Below, piece after piece: positions 1-8,430 of a DNA stretch of 37,134 bases. Position numbers and translations under genes: made by a program. This DNA is from a virus (lineage: Duplodnaviria > Caudoviricetes). The notes under the pieces were generated by a model. The model was not told where the DNA came from, searched no databases, and saw nothing but the letters and a program-made list of their open reading frames with translations. The DNA lies in the IMG/VR virus record IMGVR_UViG_3300004241_000028, positions 1 to 37,134 of that record. One strand, given 5' to 3'. Position 1 is the stretch's first letter; each line of letters opens with the position of its first letter.

Positions 1-1085
1 CGGCACACCTCGCCGAAGTGCCGCGCCGTGTTCGCGTCCATGTAGCCGTAGTCGTTGGTCTGTGAATCGCACACAAGCCATTTCTCATAGCAGTATACGA
101 GGTCGACAGCCCGGTACTTCTCGAATCCGACCTGCGAGCTGGTCAGGAAGTACCATACCGGCTGTCCGATGGCCTTTGACGCCTGAAGGTCATATACCAT
201 CGTCCGGTCGGGAAGTCGTACCCATAGATGTTCGTGCCCCGCGTGGAGCCGAGATTCAAGAACGACGGCCGCAAGTTCGGCGGCGGTGTACTGCAAGAGG
301 ATCGTATCGATCTCGCGGGTACTTAACTTCTGCGTGCTGCCGAGTACGCCGAAGTATATCCCCGGCGCCTCGTTCCGGCCCGAGCCGATGAACGCGATGT
401 ACTCCGCGAAGATGGCCGCCGCATAGGTTCCAACCGCTCCCTTTTGGAGTTGCGCTCCGTTTATGCGGCTGAACGGAAATCCTGTCCCGCCGACGTTCTG
501 GAAGAACTCGATAGTGTACCGGTTGACCGCGCATATTTCGTTGCGGAGTTTCAGCACGGTCACGATTGGATCGGGGTCAACTTCCGAGCTTCCATACTTG
601 AGCGGGTCCACGCTGAACGGGTTGGCAAGGTCGGTCACGACAAGGAATTCGCCGTCGGTCGTCATGAAGTAGCCGTCTACCCATACGACTGACAGCGCCG
701 TGCCAAGATCAGCATCAACTACCTGCTGGAGCAGTACACCGTTCCAGTAGTACAAACGGCCGCCTGACGTTATCGCCAGCCGATCGAACGAATACGCGAA
801 TGAGCACTGACCGCCCGCTCCAACGTCGCCGAGCACCGTCTCGACTCCGAGCGCGTTGACGCTGACGAGCTTTGTACCCATGACGCGATACAAGACGTCG
901 TTCCAGTTTATGCCGCCGCGCGATGTTCCCGCGCTTGCCCCAAGGCTGATGGCACCTTCAGCCGGCCTCAGATATCCCGCGCTGATTCCCGTCTCTTTCG
1001 GCACGGGTACCATATTGACAGGGTATGAGGTTCGGAAGTCTGCGGCGTCGTCGGTGAAGATTCCGCTCAGGATGGGGACTTGCAT
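1..1085 (-). CDS. Tail hub / packaged-DNA stabilization protein (P22 gp10-like), 5' part; runs off the window start and is absent from the ORF track
   Basis: Manual translation from ATG 1085: MQVPILSGIFTDDAADFRTSYPVNMVPVPKETGISAGYLRPAEG..., resembling the P22 gp10 N-terminus; reads ...ARHFGEVC at the window edge. Confidence 0.88.
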   Translation of the reverse strand, partial: MQVPILSGIFTDDAADFRTSYPVNMVPVPKETGISAGYLRPAEGAISLGASAGTSRGGINWNDVLYRVMGTKLVSVNALGVETVLGDVGAGGQCSFAYSFDRLAITSGGRLYYWNGVLLQQVVDADLGTALSVVWVDGYFMTTDGEFLVVTDLANPFSVDPLKYGSSEVDPDPIVTVLKLRNEICAVNRYTIEFFQNVGGTGFPFSRINGAQLQKGAVGTYAAAIFAEYIAFIGSGRNEAPGIYFGVLGSTQKLSTREIDTILLQYTAAELAAVVLESRLHAGHEHLWVRLPDRTMVYDLQASKAIGQPVWYFLTSSQVGFEKYRAVDLVYCYEKWLVCDSQTNDYGYMDANTARHFGEVC

Positions 1086-1086
1086 C

Positions 1087-1644
1087 TTACGGGAGTACCT
1101 GGAACACGATGTCGAATGCAATGTTCCCGACCGATGCGACCGCGCCCTGGATGACACGGATGCCGGTTCCGGGCTGGACTTTCAGGCGGCCATTAATTCC
1201 CGGCTGTGCGCCTTCAACCATGTTGCTGCGGAAGTACGTCGGCAGGGCGGTTTCCTCGGTGAATATGGAATTGAATCCGAGTACCGCACCCGCTGTCGCC
1301 CCGCCACCAGGTGCGAGCCTCCCGGATATTCCTACACGCAAGGGAGCCTGTGCCGTGTCCATGCGAGTGAAGATCATTTCCGTGAGCGTTGCGCTGTCAA
1401 GCGTGGCCGCCGTGCCTCCCGTACCGATAGCCGTGGTCCGGGTCAGGTACAAGTCTACCGCGAGCGTCCCGACGACGGCTACGGCACCGGAGGCGATAGG
1501 CACGACGCTACCGATCTCAATGGTTTTGTCAGATCCGTTCCAGAGGTCGAAATAGACCTTGTTGGCTCCGGCGGCGGCGGGCGGTACGAAGAGCTTGAAC
1601 AGCTGGCCTTCGGGGTCCATTTTATCGGTTTTCATGGTCAACAT
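1087..1644 (-). CDS. Hypothetical virion-associated protein (Gly/Ala/Thr-rich, beta-rich)
   Basis: 185 aa ORF, GAGG RBS, tightly packed in the structural operon. Confidence 0.65.
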   Translation of the reverse strand: MLTMKTDKMDPEGQLFKLFVPPAAAGANKVYFDLWNGSDKTIEIGSVVPIASGAVAVVGTLAVDLYLTRTTAIGTGGTAATLDSATLTEMIFTRMDTAQAPLRVGISGRLAPGGGATAGAVLGFNSIFTEETALPTYFRSNMVEGAQPGINGRLKVQPGTGIRVIQGAVASVGNIAFDIVFQVLP

Positions 1645-1657
1645 GGTTATGGCCTCC

Positions 1658-2119
1658 TTAGCCTATTCGATACCAGATATTGAGCGTGGCGTCGTATTTG
1701 AGCGTGAAAAACTTGTCTGCGGCATCGAGTAGCAGAGTTTCCACTACTCCCACCGTCGCACCGTTTCCGGCAATCGTCAACGCGGCAATGGCCTGAGTGC
1801 AGTTGCAGATGAATAGCTGCTTGTCGCGGAGGCTACCCATAGCCGGGAGGGTTATTGTCAATGTAGCAAGCCCGCCCGCCGGGGTGATGATGAGATGCGT
1901 GTTTTCGTCGTCGTCGTTGACAAGGACGTTCCCTCCAGCGAGAGGGGCGCTGTACTGCGTGTTTGCTTCCAGCATCCCCGATACCGTGTTCGCCTGAATC
2001 CACGCGAGGAGGTCGGACAGCGAGAAGCGGCGCGAGTCGCCTTTGGCCGGATCGTAGACCGGTAGGCTTTGGCTTGCTCCCGGAGCCGTGGCGGTCAACT
2101 GATTGATCTGTATACCCAT
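1658..2119 (-). CDS. Hypothetical virion structural protein
   Basis: 153 aa, GGAGG RBS, between gp4-like and gp10-like genes; ends in the LKYD..LNIWYRIG beta motif common in phage structural proteins. Confidence 0.7.
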   Translation of the reverse strand: MGIQINQLTATAPGASQSLPVYDPAKGDSRRFSLSDLLAWIQANTVSGMLEANTQYSAPLAGGNVLVNDDDENTHLIITPAGGLATLTITLPAMGSLRDKQLFICNCTQAIAALTIAGNGATVGVVETLLLDAADKFFTLKYDATLNIWYRIG

Positions 2120-2130
2120 GCTCGGGCCTC

Positions 2131-2601
2131 CTAATTGAAATCGAGAGTAGTATCAGGCCCGGCCACAAGGTCATCGGTCGGCTCGGGAAGGAACGGATCG
2201 TCAAAGGATTTATTGCCAGCACCAGCGGGCATGGCGGGAAGTTTCATCTCGGCGGGCATCGAAGCGCGGGCAAGGATCGTGTTCAGTGCGTGCCGTGCCG
2301 TAACTTTCGTTTCGATGTTCACCTGCTTGCCGTATGACGGGGCCATACGAAGCGCGAGGTTGGTAATCACGGCTTCCCATGCGGCGTCTGGCAGGTTCGA
2401 GTCGTCGTCGATGTCGGAACCGGAAGGATCGTCCGGTACGGGATATCCAAGGCGCAAGCCTCGCGTATTCCATTCGGCCATCATCGAGTCCAGTCGGCGC
2501 AAGGCGAGCTCGCGCTGTTCAGGCAACAGGTCGAACGCATACGACGCCAGCCCTATCTCGGCCATCGCCGCTTCTACGAGCTGGCGCTTCGTGTAGCTCA
2601 T
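2131..2601 (-). CDS. Head-to-tail adaptor (P22 gp4-like)
   Basis: TKRQLVEAAMAEIG, ALRRLDSMMAEW..GLRLGY, NLALRMAPSYG and MPAGAGNK motifs of the P22 gp4 family; position. Confidence 0.9.
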   Translation of the reverse strand: MSYTKRQLVEAAMAEIGLASYAFDLLPEQRELALRRLDSMMAEWNTRGLRLGYPVPDDPSGSDIDDDSNLPDAAWEAVITNLALRMAPSYGKQVNIETKVTARHALNTILARASMPAEMKLPAMPAGAGNKSFDDPFLPEPTDDLVAGPDTTLDFN

Positions 2602-2897
2602 TTATCTACCTTGGCGGGGCGTCCGCGCTTAGGCAATCCGGTTATACCGGGTGTTGCCTCGCTTTCCATTCCTGCCGTTGGGTATGGTAATTCATGGCGC
2701 TGAGACTGGAACCTGTCAACGTCGAGCGCTTCCTTGGCTACGGTCATCGCTTCGAGCGCTTCGGGTATGCTATCGCAGTATCCGGCGTCAAGCGCGGCCT
2801 GATGTTCTTTTCCATTCTGCACGGCTTCATAGTCGTATGTCCCGCCGTTGCACTTGTTCGCGCCGGGGCAGATAAAAACCAATCTCGGATATTCCAT
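2598..2897 (-). CDS. Hypothetical protein with C-terminal KRGRP motif
   Basis: 99 aa, AGGGG RBS, ATGA overlap with the gp4-like gene; typical small gene before gp4. Confidence 0.7.
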   Translation of the reverse strand: MEYPRLVFICPGANKCNGGTYDYEAVQNGKEHQAALDAGYCDSIPEALEAMTVAKEALDVDRFQSQRHELPYPTAGMESEATPGITGLPKRGRPAKVDK

Positions 2898-2909
2898 GTG
2901 TTCCCCTTG

Positions 2910-2934
2910 AAAATGGGCGGGATTGCTCCCGCCC
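2910..2934 (-). terminator. Probable intrinsic terminator after the decoration-like genes
   Basis: Minus strand GGGCGGGA-GCAA-TCCCGCCC followed by ATTTT. Confidence 0.6.
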
Positions 2935-2940
2935 TGATTG

Positions 2941-3573
2941 CTATGCGAGTCGATAGGTCACGAACGTATCGGCCGCCGTCTTGCGGGTCCGGTACATGGC
3001 AGTATTCGCCGGAGCACCGTTCGCGGATACCACGATAGGCGCTCCGATAATGGTATGATCCGCTCCAGCCTGAAGGATGGTGATGGTGTCGGCGGCGGCG
3101 GCGCTGGCGTTTATGAGCGCCCAGTCTACCGACTCGTCAACGGCCATCTCAAGCGCGGAGTCAAGAGTCGCTCCGGCGGGCAGCGTATAGTTCTGAGTCG
3201 CGCCGGCGGCATGGGTACCGACTATCAGCCCCGAGAGAAGCCCGGCTGGCGTGATGTTCGCCGTTACCGTCATCGCCGTCGGAGTTGACTGCCTGCGCTG
3301 GCCGACGTTTTCGAGAATCACCGCCGTGACTCCGGTAGCGTAGAGCGCTTCGGCTTCGCCAGCCTCGATACCGATGGTCGCTCCAGCGGCGAACACGGCG
3401 GATCGATACTCGGTATCGGCTGGAACCTCGGCCAGAAGGTCCCACTCTTCGACGAGGTTGGGCGCTCCGGCGAGGTTGTAGACCTTGATGGACTCCCGCG
3501 AATACGTGGCTATCCGGTCGCCAGCATCCACGAGAACCCTTGCAAGCCCATAGGGAGGGACATAGATAGACAT
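2941..3573 (-). CDS. Putative capsid decoration/minor head protein, paralog 2 (start MSIYVPPYG)
   Basis: Full-length similarity to 3585..4190; ATG 3573 preceded by GGGGAGG; directly downstream of coat. Confidence 0.75.
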   Translation of the reverse strand: MSIYVPPYGLARVLVDAGDRIATYSRESIKVYNLAGAPNLVEEWDLLAEVPADTEYRSAVFAAGATIGIEAGEAEALYATGVTAVILENVGQRRQSTPTAMTVTANITPAGLLSGLIVGTHAAGATQNYTLPAGATLDSALEMAVDESVDWALINASAAAADTITILQAGADHTIIGAPIVVSANGAPANTAMYRTRKTAADTFVTYRLA

Positions 3574-3584
3574 GGTTCCCTCCC

Positions 3585-4190
3585 CTAGCCGAGCCGGCTG
3601 GTTACAAACGTATTCGCTGCGGTCTTGCGGGTCCTGAACACGGCGGACGAGGTGAGCGCCACGACGCCCGAGCCTTCGAGGGTATGGGTAGCGGCGGCGG
3701 TCACAGTGAAGGCATTCGCGCCTCCGGTATTGATCACGGCCCACTCGAAGGACTCGTCGATATCCATGTCGAGCGCGGCGTCCATGACGGTTCCGGTGTC
3801 AACCGTGGCGACGACGGCACCGGCTCCCGTGGCCGAGGTCACGATACCAGTGGCCATGAGAAGCGCGGTCAGCGTTCCGGTCGCGTTAAGCGTGCCGGGG
3901 GCGGGCTGTGCGCGGCGACCGATGTTCTCGGTGATGACGGCGGTCACTCCGGCGGCATAGAACACGTCGGCGGGACCGGCTTCGATGCGAAGCACGGCAC
4001 CCGTGGCGAACGCCGCAGAGCGATATTCGGTATTGGCCGCTACGGCCTGGAGCAGGCTGAACGTGGCCGGGAAGTTGGGAACTCCAAGGCGCTGGTACAC
4101 CTTTACCGGGGCGCGGGACCATACCGCCACGCGGTCGGCGGCGGCTACGGTCAGCTCGATAAGCCCGTTTGCAGGAAGTCTATTGGACAT
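3585..4190 (-). CDS. Putative capsid decoration/minor head protein, paralog 1
   Basis: 201 aa Ala/Thr-rich, AAGGAG RBS, first gene after coat. Confidence 0.75.
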   Translation of the reverse strand: MSNRLPANGLIELTVAAADRVAVWSRAPVKVYQRLGVPNFPATFSLLQAVAANTEYRSAAFATGAVLRIEAGPADVFYAAGVTAVITENIGRRAQPAPGTLNATGTLTALLMATGIVTSATGAGAVVATVDTGTVMDAALDMDIDESFEWAVINTGGANAFTVTAAATHTLEGSGVVALTSSAVFRTRKTAANTFVTSRLG

Positions 4191-4215
4191 GGCTCAGTCT
4201 CCTTGCTTGTAAGCA

Positions 4216-4235
4216 GGGCGGGTTTTACCCCGCCC
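4216..4235 (-). terminator. GC hairpin after the coat gene (partial terminator or mRNA stabiliser)
   Basis: Minus strand GGGCGGG-GTAAAA-CCCGCCC just after the coat stop; weak U tract. Confidence 0.5.
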
Positions 4236-4241
4236 CGTTGG

Positions 4242-5501
4242 TTAGAACAGGATGATTCCGTTCATCTCAGGCTGCTTGTTCACAACGCCGTACAGCGTGT
4301 CGAGCCTGTATTTCGTGCGCATCGTGTTGATGTCATACTGTTTCTGCATGACAAGTTCGATGCCCTGGTCCGTGGTCGCACGCATGACGGAGGCGCCGGA
4401 GTCGGACGGAACCGCATAGCGGCCGGGAAGGATCTCGATGGACTCTTTGTGCCAGAACGGGTTGGCCGCGCGAATCGCGGTGTTCAGCCATACGATGGCC
4501 GAGTTGGCCGCCGGGGTCCGCACAAAGCAATTCTGGTACTGGAGTTCGGGATCGGTGCCGCCCTGGCCCGATATGATCGGGGGACAGATGACGGCGGTGT
4601 TCGCTGCGCCTACGCTGATGATGCGGAAGGTCTTGAGCACGCCAGTGGGCTGCTTGGTGATGTGATGCACTGATTCAACAGTAGCGATGGTAAAGCAATC
4701 GCCAGCAACAACGTTGGCGTTCGCGGAGAACGTGACGGTCTGGAATCTGTTGTCAACGTTGGCGCGTTCGCCGGTTGCGGCCACGTTGGTAGCCTGCGGA
4801 ACGTATACGTTGCCACCGCCCGCGAGCGTTGAGATGGTGATAGCGCCACCAGCCGCCGCGAGAAGGCGAACGGAGTAGTCGAGCTTGAACGTATCGAAGG
4901 ACGCGATGCGGCCGACGTAGGCACGCTCGTAGGCGGTCAGGGACTTGCCTATCGGAGAGTCGGCGCGGTTGGCGAGGTTGGCGGCCATGCCGTTGTAATC
5001 GCGGGTTGAGAGCGCGAGGTAGCGGTCATAGTCGGGGATGCCCTGCTCGTTCATCACGGCTTCGATGGCGGCCACGTCGGTGAATCCGGTAGCGGCGGCA
5101 GCGATGGCCACGACGAGCGAACCCTGAAGGGCGGCCACGTCCATGACGGAGCGGTTGATGTCAGATGCAAGTTTCTGCCGGGCAGCTTCGCCGAGCCTGT
5201 TCTCCTGGAGGGCGTCGCGCATCTCGGTAGCCGTCATCACCCACGGGACCGACTTCGAGAAGCCGATGGTCGCGGGGACGGAGAGCTGCGTGCTGTCCTT
5301 GAAGTTCAATGTCTGGTCGGTGCCGTCGAAGCTCTGCGCGATGTATGGCTCTGGCCGCCAGATGACGTTCCCCGCCCGCTCCATCATGCTCTGGTCGGTG
5401 TTGTATACCGCCACGTTGCGGGAGAGTACGAGCGCGTCCTGGAATCCTTCAAGGATATCCTCGAACGCTACCCTTTCCTCTTTGCTGAATTCGTTAGCCA
5501 T
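4242..5501 (-). CDS. Major capsid protein (P22 gp5-like coat)
   Basis: 419 aa; MANEFSKEERVAFEDILEGF, VIWRPEPY and C-terminal YRLDTLYGV..QPEMNGI typical of the P22 coat family. Confidence 0.93.
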   Translation of the reverse strand: MANEFSKEERVAFEDILEGFQDALVLSRNVAVYNTDQSMMERAGNVIWRPEPYIAQSFDGTDQTLNFKDSTQLSVPATIGFSKSVPWVMTATEMRDALQENRLGEAARQKLASDINRSVMDVAALQGSLVVAIAAAATGFTDVAAIEAVMNEQGIPDYDRYLALSTRDYNGMAANLANRADSPIGKSLTAYERAYVGRIASFDTFKLDYSVRLLAAAGGAITISTLAGGGNVYVPQATNVAATGERANVDNRFQTVTFSANANVVAGDCFTIATVESVHHITKQPTGVLKTFRIISVGAANTAVICPPIISGQGGTDPELQYQNCFVRTPAANSAIVWLNTAIRAANPFWHKESIEILPGRYAVPSDSGASVMRATTDQGIELVMQKQYDINTMRTKYRLDTLYGVVNKQPEMNGIILF

Positions 5502-5640
5502 GGTAAAACCTCAAAAAGCAAGATTAGAAGCGCCTCCAACGGAGGTCCATTCACATCTCACCCTTTGAGGCCGGGCGGTTGGCATTGTATCCTGCCGGTT
5601 ACGGTCGGCGTGCCGGTTCAATCAAAAACAAAACAGGTCA
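5502..5640 (-). ncRNA. Candidate structured 5' leader of the coat gene
   Basis: Three hairpins; loop CCTCAAA (5564-5570) is complementary to TTTGAGG at the coat SD (5509-5515). Confidence 0.45.
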
Positions 5641-5647
5641 ATACCAA

Positions 5648-5676
5648 AGCATATCCCGATATCATGTCATTGTCAA
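5648..5676 (-). promoter_or_regulatory. Sigma70-type promoter for the coat gene
   Basis: TTGACA-17 nt-TATGCT on the minus strand. Confidence 0.7.
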
Positions 5677-6485
5677 GACTTGGATTTAGACCTCTTGTAC
5701 GCCACGACTTTGCTGAAATCGCCGGTCTTGCTGGCTTCCTCGCGGAGCCGTTCGAGAGTGCTGTCGATGGTTCCCGATGGGCGCGAGTTGCCTGATATGC
5801 GGCCCTCCGGCTGTGTCGCCGGTTTCCTTGTCGATACTTTCAACTGGTCCTCCAGCTTTGCTATGGCGAACGCGAACTTGACCGGGTCCTTGATCGCGCT
5901 GATTTCCTTGGCCTTCGCCTCGTTCTTCCCGAGCGCGTAGATAAGCAGCGCCGGATCTGCCGCGCCGTGGACGATGATGCCCTGCTGCGTCTGGTCGAGC
6001 ACTTCCTTGACGGACGCCTCGGCCTCGTCGAAGTCGTCGGCCTTGAACGTGGCCTTGGCTTCCTGATAGGCTTCAAGCTTTTCGGCCCATGACTTCTCGG
6101 CCTTATCCGCCTCTGCCTTGGCCTGCGCTGCCTTCTCGTCTGCCTTGCGCTTCCGCTCGTACCACGAGGCTACTGCCGCCTCGTATTTGTCGGTATCGTA
6201 GTCAAGCGCCTGTAGCGTCGGCTTGGCACCGACTTCCGGCTCTTTCTGCGCGACCTCTTTTTCCTCGAGCCTCTTGCGCGTTTCCCGGAGTTCCTTTTCG
6301 AGCTCGCGGTTCCGCTCCCGCACTTTCTTCACCCATACCGGCGCGGGCTGATTCTCTTCCGGTTCCGGCGCGGCCTCGTCGCCGATGGTCACGATAATCT
6401 GTTCCTTCGGCTCTTCCTGCGTTGCGGTCCTTTCCTCGGCGGCGGCTTCGGCTACCGGCTCGACCTTCTTCTCTTCGTCTGCCAT
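5673..6485 (-). CDS. Scaffolding protein
   Basis: 270 aa, charged coiled-coil, immediately upstream of coat, basic C-terminal helix (coat-binding-like). Confidence 0.85.
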   Translation of the reverse strand: MADEEKKVEPVAEAAAEERTATQEEPKEQIIVTIGDEAAPEPEENQPAPVWVKKVRERNRELEKELRETRKRLEEKEVAQKEPEVGAKPTLQALDYDTDKYEAAVASWYERKRKADEKAAQAKAEADKAEKSWAEKLEAYQEAKATFKADDFDEAEASVKEVLDQTQQGIIVHGAADPALLIYALGKNEAKAKEISAIKDPVKFAFAIAKLEDQLKVSTRKPATQPEGRISGNSRPSGTIDSTLERLREEASKTGDFSKVVAYKRSKSKS

Positions 6486-6529
6486 GATGTGTCCCCTTCT
6501 CCGTGGATATCAAGCGCCCACGGGATGCG

Positions 6530-7228
6530 CTAGAATGACGATATAAGCATCAGGATATCGGCCTCTTCCTTGTCCCGGTCCCTGATTGCCCGGTGCGATT
6601 TAAGCCGCGCAGACTGGCCAGGTGTCAACGCCGTCTGCATTCCCATAACCACGTAATCCGGTCGCCGCTCCATCTTTCGCAACGGCTTGGCCGGTTCGAT
6701 CCTTGCACTCGCCGATACCGTTACGCGCTGGACAGGTGCCGGAGCCTCTTGCCGTCCCTTCGTCTTGATCGCGTAGATCGGCGGGTAGTACAACCATGCG
6801 CCGCGCGGCCCGTTCAGTACTCTCGGATTCGCTCCCGGAGTGAACTCGGCGACAATCGCTTGACTCGGTGCAGGTAAAGATTCTACTATAATGCAATCAA
6901 TAGCCGTCTGTAAAGTCGATGACTGCGACGGAGTTGGCAACGTCTCCGCGACGGATACCGGAATCGAAGTTCCGGCCGCTGCCGCTTGCGTCGGGGTTGG
7001 CATTGTCTCGGCGATTGTTACCGCAATGCTTGTCCCGGCGGTCGCGGATTGCGAAGGCGCTGGCATTGATTCAGCAACGGTGATAGAAAATCCAGCGGGA
7101 GGAGCGGCCGCAACGGTTAGATACTCACCGGCAATATAAAGCTGAAGCGGCGTTGACAGGGTTTCAACCTGCCTGCGCCGCCTTGTGACTAGCTTTAATG
7201 CTCTGCCGCCTAATAGACTAGTTTTCAT
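6530..7228 (-). CDS. Hypothetical protein with four 21-aa Thr/Ala/Pro repeats
   Basis: ITVAESMPAPSQSATAGTSIA / VTIAETMPTPTQAAAAGTSIP / VSVAETLPTPSQSSTLQTAID / CIIVESLPAPSQ; ATGA overlap with the upstream gene. Confidence 0.7.
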   Translation of the reverse strand: MKTSLLGGRALKLVTRRRRQVETLSTPLQLYIAGEYLTVAAAPPAGFSITVAESMPAPSQSATAGTSIAVTIAETMPTPTQAAAAGTSIPVSVAETLPTPSQSSTLQTAIDCIIVESLPAPSQAIVAEFTPGANPRVLNGPRGAWLYYPPIYAIKTKGRQEAPAPVQRVTVSASARIEPAKPLRKMERRPDYVVMGMQTALTPGQSARLKSHRAIRDRDKEEADILMLISSF

Positions 7229-8013
7229 CCGTTAGCTATTTCAATTTCCCATGCGGGGAGCGCGGACGCGGTGCTGTCAGGCTGGACGAATATTCCGAGC
7301 GCAGAGTCCGCGAATACTTCCGGCATCCCCGTGCCGTACAAGTCGCGTTGCTCCGAGTACCCCGCGAACGGGATACGCATATAGTGCAAGGGGCGGACGA
7401 TCAGGACATTGAACGTGCCTACGGTTGAAATAGTAGACGTAACGCCGGTAATAGACTTGACGCCTGAACCGTTCGCCAATGGCAAACGGAGACACCGCCC
7501 AATGATAGGGGCAACACCGGTTGCTATTGTGCCGGTTGTCTGCGCGGCGTTATTGCCGTCAACGTAGGTCACGGCTATCGTCTGGCTTCCGGTCATGGCC
7601 GTGACTTGCTCAAGCCATATCTCGCACCCGGTGAAGTCCGTCCCTCCGGGAACGCGCCCGGATATATCCACCGTGGTAAGTCCTGACACGTTCGCATTGT
7701 ATGCGAATGTACCGAGCTTCAAGAGGAAATCCACGAGGATTAACCGGCCGGATACGGAGTAGTATCCACCTATGCGCGAGATATAGCCCTTCGTACCGGT
7801 GAATGCGTTTATCACGGGATAGCCGGTCATAGCGTCAGTCTGCTTGACTCCGACCGTGGCATCCGTTCCCGCGAGGGTAGTTGTTCCGGCACTTCCTGCA
7901 AGATGCCCGACCGATGTCACTTGCTGGGCTACGGCGGTAATGGTCGCGGTCTTGGCGTGGAGTATGAGCTGTTTAGGTGCGCCTATGTATCCGTCCAAAG
8001 TTGTAATTGCCAT
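7225..8013 (-). CDS. Hypothetical Thr/Gly-rich beta-structured protein, likely virion-associated
   Basis: 262 aa ORF, tightly coupled to both neighbours. Confidence 0.7.
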   Translation of the reverse strand: MAITTLDGYIGAPKQLILHAKTATITAVAQQVTSVGHLAGSAGTTTLAGTDATVGVKQTDAMTGYPVINAFTGTKGYISRIGGYYSVSGRLILVDFLLKLGTFAYNANVSGLTTVDISGRVPGGTDFTGCEIWLEQVTAMTGSQTIAVTYVDGNNAAQTTGTIATGVAPIIGRCLRLPLANGSGVKSITGVTSTISTVGTFNVLIVRPLHYMRIPFAGYSEQRDLYGTGMPEVFADSALGIFVQPDSTASALPAWEIEIANG

Positions 8014-8016
8014 GGG

Positions 8017-8430
8017 TTAGCCTAGACTTTCCTGATGCGTGAAACCGGTGCAGGTTATCTCGCCGAACTGCGTGATTGACGTGTTCGGCATTTCAAGGTC
8101 AAACCCGCCGCCCGTGACTCCGCATGTCCCGTCGCCCATCGGGGTTGTTCCGTCAGCCTTGATCAGCCGATAGAACTGCGCGATGCCGGTGTTGTCCGCG
8201 CTTGCGTCTTTCGTTATCGCGTTGGCCGTTATCAATCCAGCAACCGCGGCCCCAAATGCCGGGTTGCCGAACGTCAATTCCCCGAGCAGAGTCTGCGCCC
8301 CTATTGCCGTGTTCGCTGTCGCCGGTTTCGCGCCGTTGTAGATTCGGATGATACCCGCGTTCATGGCCGTGGCGAAGGCGTTCGCCTTCACGTTGGCCGC
8401 TTCGGTCGCTACCTTGATTTCATGCGCCAT
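8017..8430 (-). CDS. Hypothetical structural protein resembling phage minor tail/fibre proteins
   Basis: IRIYNGAKPATAN..LLGELTF..PAF..A.NTGIAQFYRL..DG pattern recalled from minor-tail-type proteins; overlaps the portal stop. Confidence 0.65.
   Translation of the reverse strand: MAHEIKVATEAANVKANAFATAMNAGIIRIYNGAKPATANTAIGAQTLLGELTFGNPAFGAAVAGLITANAITKDASADNTGIAQFYRLIKADGTTPMGDGTCGVTGGGFDLEMPNTSITQFGEITCTGFTHQESLG

Noticed and set aside
62-1683. Plus-strand ORFs such as 856..1683 (275 aa) and 62..391
   Set aside because: Antisense shadows of the minus-strand gp10-like and structural genes; no motifs or RBS
3574-3744. N-terminal extension of ORF 2941..3744 (possible frameshift fusion of the paralogs)
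   Set aside because: Overlaps paralog 1 out of frame; strong RBS at 3573 and no clear slippery site seen
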